From: Patescibacteria group bacterium
Lineage (GTDB): Bacteria; Patescibacteriota; Minisyncoccia; Minisyncoccales; PEYH01
NCBI GenBank assembly: GCA_018900835.1
Contig: JAHIFQ010000014.1
Location: 1-62,875, forward strand
DNA: 62,875 bases
Direction: 5' to 3'
A program made the translations under genes and the position numbers. The notes under the pieces are model-generated. The model was not told the origin of the DNA, did not search any database, and saw nothing but the letters and a program-made list of their open reading frames with translations. Positions 26,376-36,853 of the stretch are shown piece after piece. Each line of letters starts with the position of its first letter. The stretch's first letter is position 1.

Positions 26376-27380
26376 ATGGATTTGAATGTATTGGAAGAAA
26401 TATTAAAAAATGAACCAGAATATCGCCTTAAACAGACAAAAAAGGCGATATTTTCTAATTTAATTGAGAATTGGGACCAAGCAACCGTTATCCCATCGAT
26501 TTTGCGCGAAAAATTAAAACGATTATGTCCATTAGAAATTATCGGCAAAATTTATCATAGTAAGGACAAATGTACCAGCAAGGCGCTCATTGTCTTAATA
26601 GATAAAGAGATAATTGAAACAGTTTTAATAAGACATGAGGATGGCAGAAAAACAGTATGTGTTTCCTCGCAAGTCGGATGTCCTTTGGGTTGTGTATTCT
26701 GCGCAACAGGTCAGCGTGGCTTTACTAGGAATTTGACCGCTTCTGAAATTATAGAGCAGGTTTTGTTTTGGAATCGTTATTTACAATCGCAAAACGAAAA
26801 AGTAACCAACATTGTTTTTATGGGTATGGGAGAACCGTTTTTAAACTATGATGAAGTGATGGCTGCGATAAGAATAATAAACGAGAAGCATGGGTTTGGT
26901 GTGGCTGCGAGAAAAATTTCCGTTTCTACTGTTGGACTGCCTGAACAGATTAAAAAATTTTCAGAAGAAGGCCTTCAGATTAATTTAGCGATTTCATTGC
27001 ACGCCACGAACGATGATTTGAGGACGAAATTAATGCCGATTAATAAAAAATATCAAATTAAGGAGATTTTATCAGCAGTTGATTATTATATAAAAAAAAC
27101 CAACCGTAAGGTTATGTTTGAATATTTAATGATAGATAATGTCACAGATTCGGAGAAAAATGCTCACGAATTAGTCGCATTATTGGACAAGCCCCTTTAT
27201 ATGGTCAATTTGATTTCCTATAATCAAACCGATAAATACAAGCCGTCTTCAAAGGAAAAAATTAATAAATTCAAAAAGATTTTAAGAGAAAGTGGCATCA
27301 ATGTTATTCAACGATTTAAGTTCGGGCAAGATATAAAGGGCGCGTGCGGCCAATTAATGGGGCGCGCACTATTAAAATAA
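26376..27380 (+). CDS. rlmN: 23S rRNA/tRNA adenine-C2 methyltransferase RlmN (radical SAM)
   Basis: CPLGCVFC CxxxCxxC cluster and C-terminal GQDIKGACGQL. Confidence 0.9.
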   Translation: MDLNVLEEILKNEPEYRLKQTKKAIFSNLIENWDQATVIPSILREKLKRLCPLEIIGKIYHSKDKCTSKALIVLIDKEIIETVLIRHEDGRKTVCVSSQVGCPLGCVFCATGQRGFTRNLTASEIIEQVLFWNRYLQSQNEKVTNIVFMGMGEPFLNYDEVMAAIRIINEKHGFGVAARKISVSTVGLPEQIKKFSEEGLQINLAISLHATNDDLRTKLMPINKKYQIKEILSAVDYYIKKTNRKVMFEYLMIDNVTDSEKNAHELVALLDKPLYMVNLISYNQTDKYKPSSKEKINKFKKILRESGINVIQRFKFGQDIKGACGQLMGRALLK

Positions 27381-27549
27381 GTGTTTTTTTGATAGAATTA
27401 AACAAAGGTCATAGAGTAATAAAAATAAAATAAAATAAAAAATGGGAATTGGATGGGCAAATCAAAAACGGCTTGGGAGAAAATTGAAGAAAAGAGGCAT
27501 AATGCCAAGAAAACCAAAAAAGAAATAGTGCGTTAACGAAAATCGTAAG

Positions 27550-27641
27550 ATTACGAGACTTGGTCTTGTAAACTTCGTAAAACGCCGGAACCCACGCCAG
27601 TATTGAGGATTCTCCCAACCCGCCCGGGGCGGGTAATTTTT
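27550..27641 (+). repeat. Diverged copy (a) of the dual-hairpin REP-like element, lacking the terminal DnaA box
   Basis: attacgagac-ttg-gtcttgtaa ... ccagtattgaggattctcccaa-cccgcccggggcggg-taattttt. Hairpin 1 keeps its pairing with a changed sequence. Confidence 0.75.
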
Positions 27642-27648
27642 GTAATAC

Positions 27649-27724
27649 TATAATCGCTTTGTTAGCGGTTTTTTGCTAAAAACGAGCCAACAAAAATCGC
27701 TTTACAAGTGATTTTTTGCTAAAA
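27649..27724 (+). promoter_or_regulatory. greA leader: -10 box followed by two tandem 30-nt hairpin+U-run units
   Basis: TATAAT at 27649-27654. The units aatcgctttgttagcggttttttgctaaaa (27652-27681) and aatcgctttacaagtgattttttgctaaaa (27695-27724) each form a small stem followed by T6. Confidence 0.45.
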
Positions 27725-27745
27725 TAAAACAACAGAATATTTATA

Positions 27746-28210
27746 ATGCCTATGCCAAGATATTTGACACAAGAGGGTTTGGAAAAATTAAAAAAAGAAT
27801 TAGATTATCTTGAAAACACTAAAAGAAAAGAGCTTGCCAAAACATTGAAGCACGCTATTTCATTTGGCGACCTCAAGGAAAATGCCGCTTACCACGAGGC
27901 AAAGGACGCTCAAGGGTTTTTAGAGTGTAGGATTTCAGAATTGAAGCAAGTTGTCGCTACAGCGGAACTGTGTGACAAAGAATATGCTCCAAAAGGAGAA
28001 GTTCAGATTGGTTCAATGGTTTGGCTTAAATCAAAAAATGGCAAGGAGAAGTTTCAAGTTGTTGGACCAGATGAATCAGATATTTTAAGTGGAAAAATTT
28101 CCTATAAATCACCTCTTGGAGAAATTTTATTGGGAAAGACAAAAGGCGATGAAGTAATTTTAAAAAATTTCGAAGGCAAAATTAGGTATGAAATTGTAAA
28201 AGTTAATTGA
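27746..28210 (+). CDS. greA: Transcription elongation factor GreA
   Basis: 154 aa. GDLKENAAYHEAK coiled-coil tip motif. Confidence 0.92.
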   Translation: MPMPRYLTQEGLEKLKKELDYLENTKRKELAKTLKHAISFGDLKENAAYHEAKDAQGFLECRISELKQVVATAELCDKEYAPKGEVQIGSMVWLKSKNGKEKFQVVGPDESDILSGKISYKSPLGEILLGKTKGDEVILKNFEGKIRYEIVKVN

Positions 28211-28318
28211 CTTTTCCACAACCAATCGCTTTTTGACCAAAATTAGGAGTTAAGGTAAGATAAAGACATTAAATATAATGCTTGCTCTATCAAGGGGCAA
28301 GTTTGTCCTATCAAGTTA

Positions 28319-30421
28319 ATGGCAAAAATCACAAAAGTTAAAAAACGAGACGGGTCAATTGTTGATTTTGAGAAAGAAAAAATAGCAAAGGCCATTTATA
28401 AAGCCATTACTGCAACTGGGCAGGCAGATGGCGTTTTATCTAAAAAACTTTCCAAAAAAGTAGCGGATATTTTGGATAGACGCTTTAAAGAAGCCGAAAT
28501 TCCAAGTGTTGAGCAGATTCAGGACATAGTGGAAGAGGTTTTGATTGCCGAGAATCTTACTGAAACAGCAAGGGCATATATTCTTTACCGAGAACAAAGA
28601 AGGATAACAAGAGAGGCTGTTGCTACGAGCGAAGAAGCGGTTGACAGGGTTGACCAATATCTCGAGCGCCTTGATTGGGAGGTTAAAGAAAATGCCAATA
28701 TGACTTTTTCTTTGCAGGGCCTTAATCATTATGGCGTTTCATATATTGTTAAAAAATATTGGCTGAATAAAATTTATCCAAAGGAAATTAGGCAAGCGGT
28801 TGAGAATAATGATTTTCATATCCATAATTTAGACACTCTGGGACTTTATTGCGCGGGATGGGATTTGTATGATTTTTTACTGCGTGGATTCGGCGGAGCG
28901 CAGGGCAAGGTGGAATCAAAACCACCCAAGCATTTCCGAGCTGTTTTAGGACAGGTGGTAAATTTTCTATATACAGTCCAGGGAGAGATAGCAGGAGCGG
29001 TGGCGTTTTCGAATTTTGACACGCTTTTGGCGCCATTTATCCGTTATGACAATTTAAATTATGAGCAGGTAAAGCAGGCGTTGCAAGAATTTTTGTTCAA
29101 TATGGCTGTGCCTACGAGAGTGGGGTTCCAAAACCCTTTTTCAAATATAACATTGGATTTGAAACCATCTTCAGTGTTTGCAAAGCAACCTGTGATTTGG
29201 GGAGGGAAACCGCAAAAGGAAACATACGGCGAATTTGAGGAAGAGATGAGAATTTTTGATAAGGCGCTATACGAGACTATGCTTGAAGGAGACAGATATG
29301 GTCGGCCTTTTCATTTTCCAATCCCGACAATAAATATAACCAAGGACTTTCCATGGGATGACCCGACCTTTGATTCAATATTTGAGGCCTCGGCAAAATA
29401 CGGAATCAATTATTTCGCAAATTATATAAACTCTGATATGAGCCCAGAGGATGTCAAATCAATGTGCTGTCGCCTTCGGCTGGATATGAAAGAGCTTCAC
29501 AACCGTGGTGGCGGAGGATTGTTTGGCGCAGGGGCGCTCACTGGAAGCATTGGAGTAGTCACTATTAATCTTCCGAAAATTGGCTATCTTTCCAAAACAA
29601 AAAAAGATTTTTTTGAACAGCTTGGCAAGTCAATGGATTTAGCTAAAGAAAGTTTAGAAATCAAAAGAAAAACAATAGAAAACTATATTGAAAAGGGGCT
29701 TTATCCCTACTCAAAATACTATTTAAACGGGGTTAAGCAAGCCAGGGGCGCGTACTATGCCAATCATTTTTCTACCATAGGATTAATCGGGATGAATGAG
29801 GCGCTCGTCAATTTTTTGGGAGAAGATATCGCTTCTGGCAACGGAAGAAAATTTGGTTTAGAGATAATGGATTTTATGAGGGAACGACTTTTGCAATATC
29901 AGAAAGAAACAGAGCATATGTATAATTTGGAAGCAACGCCAGCTGAAAGCACTGCATATCGCTTGGCGCAAAAAGACAAAGAAAAATATGCGGATATCAT
30001 TACTGCTGGCACTACAGAAGTCCCATATTATACCAACTCCAGCCAATTGCCCGTTAATTATACTGATGATGTTTTTGAGGCGTTAAAACTCCAAGATGAA
30101 TTACAATGCAGATACACTGGAGGCACGGTTTTACATATTTTTGCCGGAGAACGATTATCAGGCGCTGAAGCGGTTAAGTCATTAGTAAAAAATGTTTTTA
30201 CTAAATTTAAGCTTCCGTACATTACATTGACGCCAACTTTTTCCATCTGTCCAGTTCACGGATATATAGCTGGCGAACATTTCAAATGTCCAAAGTGCAT
30301 TGTAGAACAGTCGTGCGAAGTTTATTCAAGAGTTGTTGGATATCTCCGCCCAGTAAATCAGTTCAATGTAGGGAAAAGACAGGAGTTTAAAGATAGGAAA
30401 GCATTTAATCTCAAAATATGA
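28319..30421 (+). CDS. nrdD: Anaerobic ribonucleoside-triphosphate reductase (class III)
   Basis: N-terminal ATP-cone, C-terminal Zn-ribbon CPKC, and glycyl-radical motif RVVGYLRPV. Confidence 0.95.
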   Translation: MAKITKVKKRDGSIVDFEKEKIAKAIYKAITATGQADGVLSKKLSKKVADILDRRFKEAEIPSVEQIQDIVEEVLIAENLTETARAYILYREQRRITREAVATSEEAVDRVDQYLERLDWEVKENANMTFSLQGLNHYGVSYIVKKYWLNKIYPKEIRQAVENNDFHIHNLDTLGLYCAGWDLYDFLLRGFGGAQGKVESKPPKHFRAVLGQVVNFLYTVQGEIAGAVAFSNFDTLLAPFIRYDNLNYEQVKQALQEFLFNMAVPTRVGFQNPFSNITLDLKPSSVFAKQPVIWGGKPQKETYGEFEEEMRIFDKALYETMLEGDRYGRPFHFPIPTINITKDFPWDDPTFDSIFEASAKYGINYFANYINSDMSPEDVKSMCCRLRLDMKELHNRGGGGLFGAGALTGSIGVVTINLPKIGYLSKTKKDFFEQLGKSMDLAKESLEIKRKTIENYIEKGLYPYSKYYLNGVKQARGAYYANHFSTIGLIGMNEALVNFLGEDIASGNGRKFGLEIMDFMRERLLQYQKETEHMYNLEATPAESTAYRLAQKDKEKYADIITAGTTEVPYYTNSSQLPVNYTDDVFEALKLQDELQCRYTGGTVLHIFAGERLSGAEAVKSLVKNVFTKFKLPYITLTPTFSICPVHGYIAGEHFKCPKCIVEQSCEVYSRVVGYLRPVNQFNVGKRQEFKDRKAFNLKI

Positions 30422-31116
30422 AGATAGGCGGCATTCAAAAATCCACGCTTATTGATTATCCTGGAAAGGTTTCCGCTACCATATTTGTCAGCGGTTGTAA
30501 TTTTAAGTGTGGATTTTGCCATAACCCAGAATTGGTTTTAGTAGAAGAGATTAAAAAACATCAGTGTATTTCCGAAGAAAAGATTTGGGAATTTCTTGAA
30601 GAAAGAAAGGGATTTTTGGACGGAGTGGTGATTTGCGGAGGCGAGCCGACTATTTATGATGACCTCCCGGATTTTATAGAAAAAATTCAGGACATGGGTT
30701 TTTTGATAAAACTGGATACCAACGGGAGTCGGCCGGAAATATTGCAACAAATGATTGAATTGAATTTGCTCGATTATGTGGCAATGGATGTTAAGGCGCC
30801 AAAAAAGAGATATAAGGCAGTAGTTGGCGCGGATATTGATGTTGGGCAGATAGAAAAAAGCATAAAATTATTAAAAAAAGGAGTGATTGATTTTGAGTTC
30901 AGGACTACTCTTGTCCCTGGTTTGGTGGAGAGAAAAGATGTCTTGGAAATAGTAAAATGGATTTCTCCTGCGCCAAAATATTTTTTGCAAAATTTTCAGT
31001 CGCAAGGCAAGATTATAGATTCCAAGCTTTCCAAGGTTAGGCCATTTCAGGACGGATATTTGGAAAAATTGAAGGAAGAAATAACGCCTCATTTTGATGT
31101 CTGCCAAATCAGGTAA
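30418..31116 (+). CDS. nrdG: Anaerobic RNR activating enzyme (radical SAM)
   Basis: CNFKCGFC cluster. ATGA overlap with nrdD. Confidence 0.9.
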   Translation: MKIGGIQKSTLIDYPGKVSATIFVSGCNFKCGFCHNPELVLVEEIKKHQCISEEKIWEFLEERKGFLDGVVICGGEPTIYDDLPDFIEKIQDMGFLIKLDTNGSRPEILQQMIELNLLDYVAMDVKAPKKRYKAVVGADIDVGQIEKSIKLLKKGVIDFEFRTTLVPGLVERKDVLEIVKWISPAPKYFLQNFQSQGKIIDSKLSKVRPFQDGYLEKLKEEITPHFDVCQIR

Positions 31117-32602
31117 TGCATTTGTTTCTAAAATCATTTTTTGCTCCTGTGTTTTTTTTATAATCGGAATTTTAATTGGACTTGTTTTACAGAACGCTTT
31201 CTGGCTTGTTGGAGGCGTTTTTCTTTTCTTATCTTTGATTTCTCTTTTCTTTGTCAAGAAATCGAAATGGGTTTTTATTATTTCTTTAATTTTTCTTTTT
31301 ATTGGTTTTGTCAGGATAGAATATTTTCAGAAGAATGATTTTGAGAAACAAGTTGAAAAATTTTTTGGCGCGGAAAAAGAAATACTCGGGACCATTATTA
31401 AAGAACCGGATATAAGCCAGACAAGCCAAAAAATAGTTGTAAAATTGGAAGAAATAAACAACGAAAAAATTGAAGTTAAAGAGAGGATTTTGGCTTTTGT
31501 TCCATTTTATCCTCAATACGAATATGGCCAGCGCGTTGAAATTTTAGGAAAAATCGAAGAGCCACCAGATTTTGAGGAATTTGATTATAAAGAATATTTA
31601 TCTCGGCAAAGAATTTTTGCTGTTAGCTTTTCGCCGGAAGTCAAAGTCGTTGAAAATGAAAACCAGCTTTCTATTTTTCAGAAATTTTTTAAAACAATTT
31701 TAACAGCGAAGAACAATCTAAGGCAAAGTATTTATAGGAATTTTTCCGCAGACAAGAGCTTGTTATTAGGAGCAATCATATTAGGGGATAAATCGCGCTT
31801 AAGTCCAGAGTTAGAGGAAACACTAAATAAGGCGGGAATTCGCCATCTTACTGCAATTTCTGGGATGCATGTGATGATATTGACCAATATATTAATGTCA
31901 GCTCTTTTAGCAGTCGGATTGTGGAGAAAACAAGCGTTTGCAGTCACTGTTATTCTAATTCTTTTATTCATAATCCTCACTGGTTTTCAGGCCTCAACCA
32001 TCAGAGCTGGAATTATGGGGTTTTTGTATTTATTGGGACAAATTCTCGGAAGGCAAAATGATTCTGCAAGAGCGATTATGTTTGGCGGAGCAGTGATGCT
32101 TGCTTTTAACCCGTTTCTTTTAAAAGACATTGGATTTCAGCTTTCTTTTTTAGCTGTGATGGGAATAAATTATTTATTTCCAGTATTTTCTCGATGGCTC
32201 AGGAGGATTCCAAATGTTTTGGAATTAAGAAATGTTCTGGCAATGAGTTTGGCTGCCCAGATTTTTACTCTGCCCATTTTAATCTCTAATTTCGGATACA
32301 TTTCATTAGTGGCGCCGATAACCAATGTTTTAATTCTCCCGCTTTTGCCCTTTATTTTGGTTTTTGGTTTTCTTTCCGCGCTTTGCGGACTTTTTGCAGG
32401 AATTTTTGCCTTGATTTTTGTTTTCCCTTGCCACATTATTCTTTCCTATCTCCAGATTGTTTCTAATTTTTTCGCTTCCCTGTCTTTTTCGTCAATCAAT
32501 CTGAAAATCTCCTGGACCTGGATTATCTTTTATTATCTATTTTTGAGCTATTTAGTTATCCGCTGGAAAAAAGACCACAGATTCCAAATCGCAGGGTTTT
32601 AG
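31097..32602 (+). CDS. comEC: ComEC/Rec2 competence channel (no beta-lactamase domain)
   Basis: Polytopic. Has the DUF4131-like N-terminal region and the competence domain (HLTAISGMHV). Confidence 0.8.
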   Translation: MSAKSGNAFVSKIIFCSCVFFIIGILIGLVLQNAFWLVGGVFLFLSLISLFFVKKSKWVFIISLIFLFIGFVRIEYFQKNDFEKQVEKFFGAEKEILGTIIKEPDISQTSQKIVVKLEEINNEKIEVKERILAFVPFYPQYEYGQRVEILGKIEEPPDFEEFDYKEYLSRQRIFAVSFSPEVKVVENENQLSIFQKFFKTILTAKNNLRQSIYRNFSADKSLLLGAIILGDKSRLSPELEETLNKAGIRHLTAISGMHVMILTNILMSALLAVGLWRKQAFAVTVILILLFIILTGFQASTIRAGIMGFLYLLGQILGRQNDSARAIMFGGAVMLAFNPFLLKDIGFQLSFLAVMGINYLFPVFSRWLRRIPNVLELRNVLAMSLAAQIFTLPILISNFGYISLVAPITNVLILPLLPFILVFGFLSALCGLFAGIFALIFVFPCHIILSYLQIVSNFFASLSFSSINLKISWTWIIFYYLFLSYLVIRWKKDHRFQIAGF

Positions 32603-32631
32603 AAAGTTGGAAAAAATGAGATAATGAAAGA

Positions 32632-33702
32632 ATGAAACTTGCTTCAGTTATTATTCTAATAGCAGTTCTGGTGATGGCTATATTTTTGGTTAATCTTTAC
32701 AGCCAGTCAGAGGATATCACAAAATTATCAAAGGATTTTTTATTGACCAATTTAAGCTTAAAACAGAAAGTTGGTCAGCTTTTTATCATTGGTTTTGAAG
32801 GGAAAGAGCTTACTCAAGATATAAAGTTGATGATAAGGGAACTTCACCCCGGAGGAATCTTGCTTCTTGGCTGGAACATAGAAGACAGGCTACAGTTATT
32901 GAAATTAGTGGATGGGCTTCAACAGATAGCTCTGCAAGATACTGGCATACCATTATTCATAGCTGTTGACCAAGAAGGGGGTGAAATCAATAGGATTGAT
33001 TTTATTCAGGAACAGACCAGCCAAAGCGCGATTGAGAATCCGGAAAATGCTTTTAAAATTGGCTTTAGCAGGGCACAGGAATTGCGGGCGTCCGGTATTT
33101 CTCTTAATCTTGCGCCTCTTTTGGACCAGACAAAGCAAGGCGATTTTATTTATGGCCGTTCGTTCAAAGAAAGCCAGCAGGATGTCGGTGATTTAGTAAA
33201 GAACTTGATTTTAGGTCAGAAAAACACTGAAATTTTTACAGCAATCAAACATTTTCCTGGTTATGGAAATATTGATTTTAATCCAGAGGAAAAATTGGCA
33301 GTCAAAGAAGAAGTTCCTGACACAGGATTATTCAAAGAGGCAATGTCTGCCAAGCCAGAAATGGTGATGACTGCTAATGTTGTTTATAAAAGCATAGATG
33401 AATATATGCCTTTTTCGTTTTCCAAAAAAGGAATAGATTTTTTGAAATCAGAACTAGGAAATGAAATTTTAATAATTTCTGATGATTTGGACCAAAATTC
33501 TTTATTGAATAAATATGAATTAGAAGATATTGTTTCTTTGCCAGTAGAAGCAGGTGTTGATATTCTGATTTTCTCGGGTTGGCGTTTGCCAGCAAGTGAT
33601 GGAATAGAAGCGCTTATCAAGGCAGTTGAAAATGGTAGAATAAGCGAAGAAAGGATAAATCAATCAGCGTCAAAAATTATTAAGTTAAAATTAGGGATTT
33701 AA
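32632..33702 (+). CDS. nagZ: Beta-N-acetylhexosaminidase, GH3 (NagZ-like), membrane-anchored
   Basis: KVGQLFIIGF, VDQEGG, KHFPGYGN. Confidence 0.8.
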   Translation: MKLASVIILIAVLVMAIFLVNLYSQSEDITKLSKDFLLTNLSLKQKVGQLFIIGFEGKELTQDIKLMIRELHPGGILLLGWNIEDRLQLLKLVDGLQQIALQDTGIPLFIAVDQEGGEINRIDFIQEQTSQSAIENPENAFKIGFSRAQELRASGISLNLAPLLDQTKQGDFIYGRSFKESQQDVGDLVKNLILGQKNTEIFTAIKHFPGYGNIDFNPEEKLAVKEEVPDTGLFKEAMSAKPEMVMTANVVYKSIDEYMPFSFSKKGIDFLKSELGNEILIISDDLDQNSLLNKYELEDIVSLPVEAGVDILIFSGWRLPASDGIEALIKAVENGRISEERINQSASKIIKLKLGI

Positions 33703-34877
33703 TGGTTCTGAAATTTCCAGATAATTTTTTATGGGGAAGCGCTACTTCTGCTTATCAGGTTGAGGGCGGGAATAAGTTTTCTGATTGGGAGATAAATCCG
33801 CCTAAACCAGGGCATGGACCTGCTGGAATTGCTTGCGACCACTACAACCGTTTTGAGCAAGATTTTGATTTATTGAAAAAATTGAACCAAAATGTCCATC
33901 GTTTTTCAATTGAATGGGCAAGGATAGAGCCAAGGCAAGGTGAGTTTGATAAAGCCGAAATTGAACATTACAGAAAGGTATTATTGGCTCTGAAGCAGAG
34001 GGGGATTAAAACAATGGTGACTTTGCATCACTTTACCCTTCCACAATGGTTGGCAGAAATCAACGGTTTTGCTAATAAAAAATCAATAGAATATTTTACG
34101 AGATATTCTGCGAAAATGTTCGGAGAATACAAGGACTTGGTTAATTTTTGGGCAACCATTAATGAGCCGATGGTGTTTTCCGGCCTAGGTTATTTTCAAA
34201 AATTATGGCCACCCCAAAAAAGGAATATATTTTTATATGTTCGCGTGGTCAATAATTTAATCAAGGCCCATAAAAGTGTTTATAAATTATTAAAAGCATT
34301 TGGCAGAGAAGGGATTTCAGTAGGCATAGTTAAAAATAACAGTTATCTTGAGCCATATAAAAATTTATTGGATAGATTTGTCGTAGGGCTTCTTAATTGG
34401 TGGCAAAATAGATATTTTTTGAATAAGATAAAAAATGATACGGATTTTATTGGCTTGAATTTTTATATGCATTTTAAAATCCGGTTTCCTTTTAAAATAA
34501 AGAATGAAAACAAAAAGACATCTGATATGGGTTGGGAATTATATCCAGAAGGAATTTATTATCTGTTAAAGGACTTGAAAAAATATAATAAGCCAGTTTA
34601 TATCACGGAAAACGGATTGGCTGATTCAGAAGATAAAAACAGAGAGTGGTATATAAGAGAGGTCTTTAAAAATATCCACAGAGCAATACAAGAAGGAATT
34701 GATGTTAAAGGATATTTTTATTGGTCATTAATGGACAATTTTGAATGGGCTGATGGTTTTGAACCAAGATTCGGATTGATTGAAATTGATTATAAAACCC
34801 TTGAGAGAAAACCCCGCTTGAGTGCACATTTTTATTCTGAAATCTGTAAAAATAATCAATTACTTATAGAAGGTTAG
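33702..34877 (+). CDS. GH1 beta-glucosidase
   Basis: TINEPMV acid/base motif and YITENGLAD nucleophile motif. Confidence 0.9.
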   Translation: MVLKFPDNFLWGSATSAYQVEGGNKFSDWEINPPKPGHGPAGIACDHYNRFEQDFDLLKKLNQNVHRFSIEWARIEPRQGEFDKAEIEHYRKVLLALKQRGIKTMVTLHHFTLPQWLAEINGFANKKSIEYFTRYSAKMFGEYKDLVNFWATINEPMVFSGLGYFQKLWPPQKRNIFLYVRVVNNLIKAHKSVYKLLKAFGREGISVGIVKNNSYLEPYKNLLDRFVVGLLNWWQNRYFLNKIKNDTDFIGLNFYMHFKIRFPFKIKNENKKTSDMGWELYPEGIYYLLKDLKKYNKPVYITENGLADSEDKNREWYIREVFKNIHRAIQEGIDVKGYFYWSLMDNFEWADGFEPRFGLIEIDYKTLERKPRLSAHFYSEICKNNQLLIEG

Positions 34878-34916
34878 TAACAGCTCGGATATTTCATTTG
34901 AACCAACAGATAAAAT

Positions 34917-35849
34917 ATGCTTTGGATAATTTTTGCAATCATCGCTTATTTTCTCTTGGCAATAACAGCAGTTATTGATGACTTTTTATTGACTGGTCCT
35001 CTTGCCAAGCCAAAGCTTTACGCTTTTTTCGTAAGCGTGTTTGGTATTCTTGTTTTTATTTTGGCTCCATTCGGTTTTACAATTCCTGATTCATTAACAT
35101 TATTGATTGCCTTGCTTTCAGGGGCTCTTTGGTTTTTTGCGCTTTTGGGATTATTTGAATCGCTTCGATTGTTTGAGGCATCAAGAGTGATTCCAGCAAT
35201 CGGCGGAATTCTGCCGATTTTTACCCTTGGCATAAGTTATTTTTTCTCTTGGCAAGCGAATGAACCATTAGTTCCTATTGGCACAGTAAAAATTTTGGCA
35301 TTTGCTATGTTGGTCTTGGGAAGCATATTCATAGGAATAGAAAAGAAGAAAAAAGTTACCAAACAGAGCATTGCCTTGTCTTGTTTGACCGCCTTTTTAT
35401 TTGCTTTGAGTTTTTCAACTGCAAAATTGGTTTATATTTCTCAGCCATTTATTTCCAGCTTAATTTGGATAAAAGTTGGTGGGCTTTTAATCGCTCTTTT
35501 GTTTTTATTTTCCAAAGAAGTAAGAGGGGAGATTTTCAAGAAAAAGAAATCAAAATTATCGTCTTTTCTGAAGAAACCTAAAATCGCTTTCTTGTTTATC
35601 TCCAACCAAATTATCGGCGCTGGCGCCGGAGTTTTACAGAATCTTGCGATTTTCATTGCTCCAATTTCCTATCTTGCGTTTATCAACGCAATGGAAGGAA
35701 CGAGATATGTGTTTCTTTTGATTTTTACTATTATTCTATCCTATAAATTTCCGAAATTTTTGGCTGATAAGGTTTCTAAAGAAATTATTATCAAAAAAAT
35801 CTTCGCTATCTTGCTAATAGTCGCAGGATTAATATTATTGACCATTTAA
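34917..35849 (+). CDS. Polytopic membrane protein, DMT/EamA-like
   Basis: 310 aa with about 10 hydrophobic segments in two halves. No diagnostic motif seen. Confidence 0.5.
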   Translation: MLWIIFAIIAYFLLAITAVIDDFLLTGPLAKPKLYAFFVSVFGILVFILAPFGFTIPDSLTLLIALLSGALWFFALLGLFESLRLFEASRVIPAIGGILPIFTLGISYFFSWQANEPLVPIGTVKILAFAMLVLGSIFIGIEKKKKVTKQSIALSCLTAFLFALSFSTAKLVYISQPFISSLIWIKVGGLLIALLFLFSKEVRGEIFKKKKSKLSSFLKKPKIAFLFISNQIIGAGAGVLQNLAIFIAPISYLAFINAMEGTRYVFLLIFTIILSYKFPKFLADKVSKEIIIKKIFAILLIVAGLILLTI

Positions 35850-35851
35850 AA

Positions 35852-36853
35852 ATGCCTAAAGTATTTAAAATTATATTTTTTATTTTTTTGACTCTCATAG
35901 TCGGCATATTCGTGTTTTTGTTTGTGGGTAAAGCCACTCCGGCCGAGAACATTACTTGGGGAGTTGTGTTCTCCCAAAAACACGCCGAGCTTCTTGGACT
36001 GGACTGGAAAGCCAACTATCTTGCGATTTTAGACGATTTACAGATTAAAGACCTAAAATTAATCGCTTACTGGGATTTAATAGAAAAAGAGCCTGGAGTT
36101 TTTGATTTTACTGATTTGGATTGGCAGATTGAGGAGGCAGAGAAAGGGGGCGCAGAAGTCCTTTTGGTCATTGGCAAAAAAGTTCCAAGATGGCCTGAAT
36201 GCCATATTCCAGATTGGGCCAAGAGCATGGGAGAAGAAGAATTAGAAGAAAGCATTTTATTGTATTTGGAGCAGTTAATTTTAAAGTACAGAGATTATCC
36301 TGCAATTAAAATGTGGCAAGTTGAAAATGAGCCCTTTTTCCCATTTGGCGAGAATTGTCCATTAATAACAGAAGAATTTTTAGACAAGGAAGTCGGGCTT
36401 GTTAGGGCGCTTGATTATAACAAAAGGCCCATAGTAATTAGCGAGAGCGGGGAATTCCCTTTTTGGTTCAAGGCCGCAAGGCACGGCGATATTGTTGGGC
36501 ATACCCTTTACAGAGTTGTATGGGCAAGCGGTTTCAAAATTTATTTTAGACCGCCGTTTCCAGCTATTTTTTATAATAGAAAATCTTGGTTGATAGATAA
36601 GTTTTTTGATAAAAAAGTTATTTGCGTTGAGCTTCAGGCAGAGCCGTGGGGCCCGACCTTGTTATACGATTCTCCCTTAGAAGAACAGGAAAAATCCGTA
36701 AATTTTCAGAAATTGAAAGGAATAATCCAATTTGCCAAAAATACTGGAACAGATACTTTCTATTTTTGGGGGTCAGAGTGGTGGTATTGGATGAAAGAAA
36801 AACAAAACCAGCCCGAAATCTGGGATGAAATAAAAAATTTGTTATTGCAGTAA
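35852..36853 (+). CDS. Membrane-anchored glycoside hydrolase, clan GH-A (beta/alpha)8-like
   Basis: N-terminal TM helix. WQVENEPFF (NEP acid/base) and VISESGE candidate nucleophile. Confidence 0.55.
   Translation: MPKVFKIIFFIFLTLIVGIFVFLFVGKATPAENITWGVVFSQKHAELLGLDWKANYLAILDDLQIKDLKLIAYWDLIEKEPGVFDFTDLDWQIEEAEKGGAEVLLVIGKKVPRWPECHIPDWAKSMGEEELEESILLYLEQLILKYRDYPAIKMWQVENEPFFPFGENCPLITEEFLDKEVGLVRALDYNKRPIVISESGEFPFWFKAARHGDIVGHTLYRVVWASGFKIYFRPPFPAIFYNRKSWLIDKFFDKKVICVELQAEPWGPTLLYDSPLEEQEKSVNFQKLKGIIQFAKNTGTDTFYFWGSEWWYWMKEKQNQPEIWDEIKNLLLQ

Noticed and set aside
27442-27528. 28-aa highly basic ORF (MGIGWANQKRLGRKLKKRGIMPRKPKKK) as a small ribosomal-type protein
   Set aside because: It has no SD and no resemblance to bL34, bL36 or bL35. 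It lies in an A-rich spacer where lysine codons arise by chance.
9425-31116. Alternative genetic code (UGA recoding, as in some CPR lineages)
   Set aside because: TGA terminates iorA and nrdD in ATGA overlaps with the next gene, and the long housekeeping ORFs are intact under the standard table.
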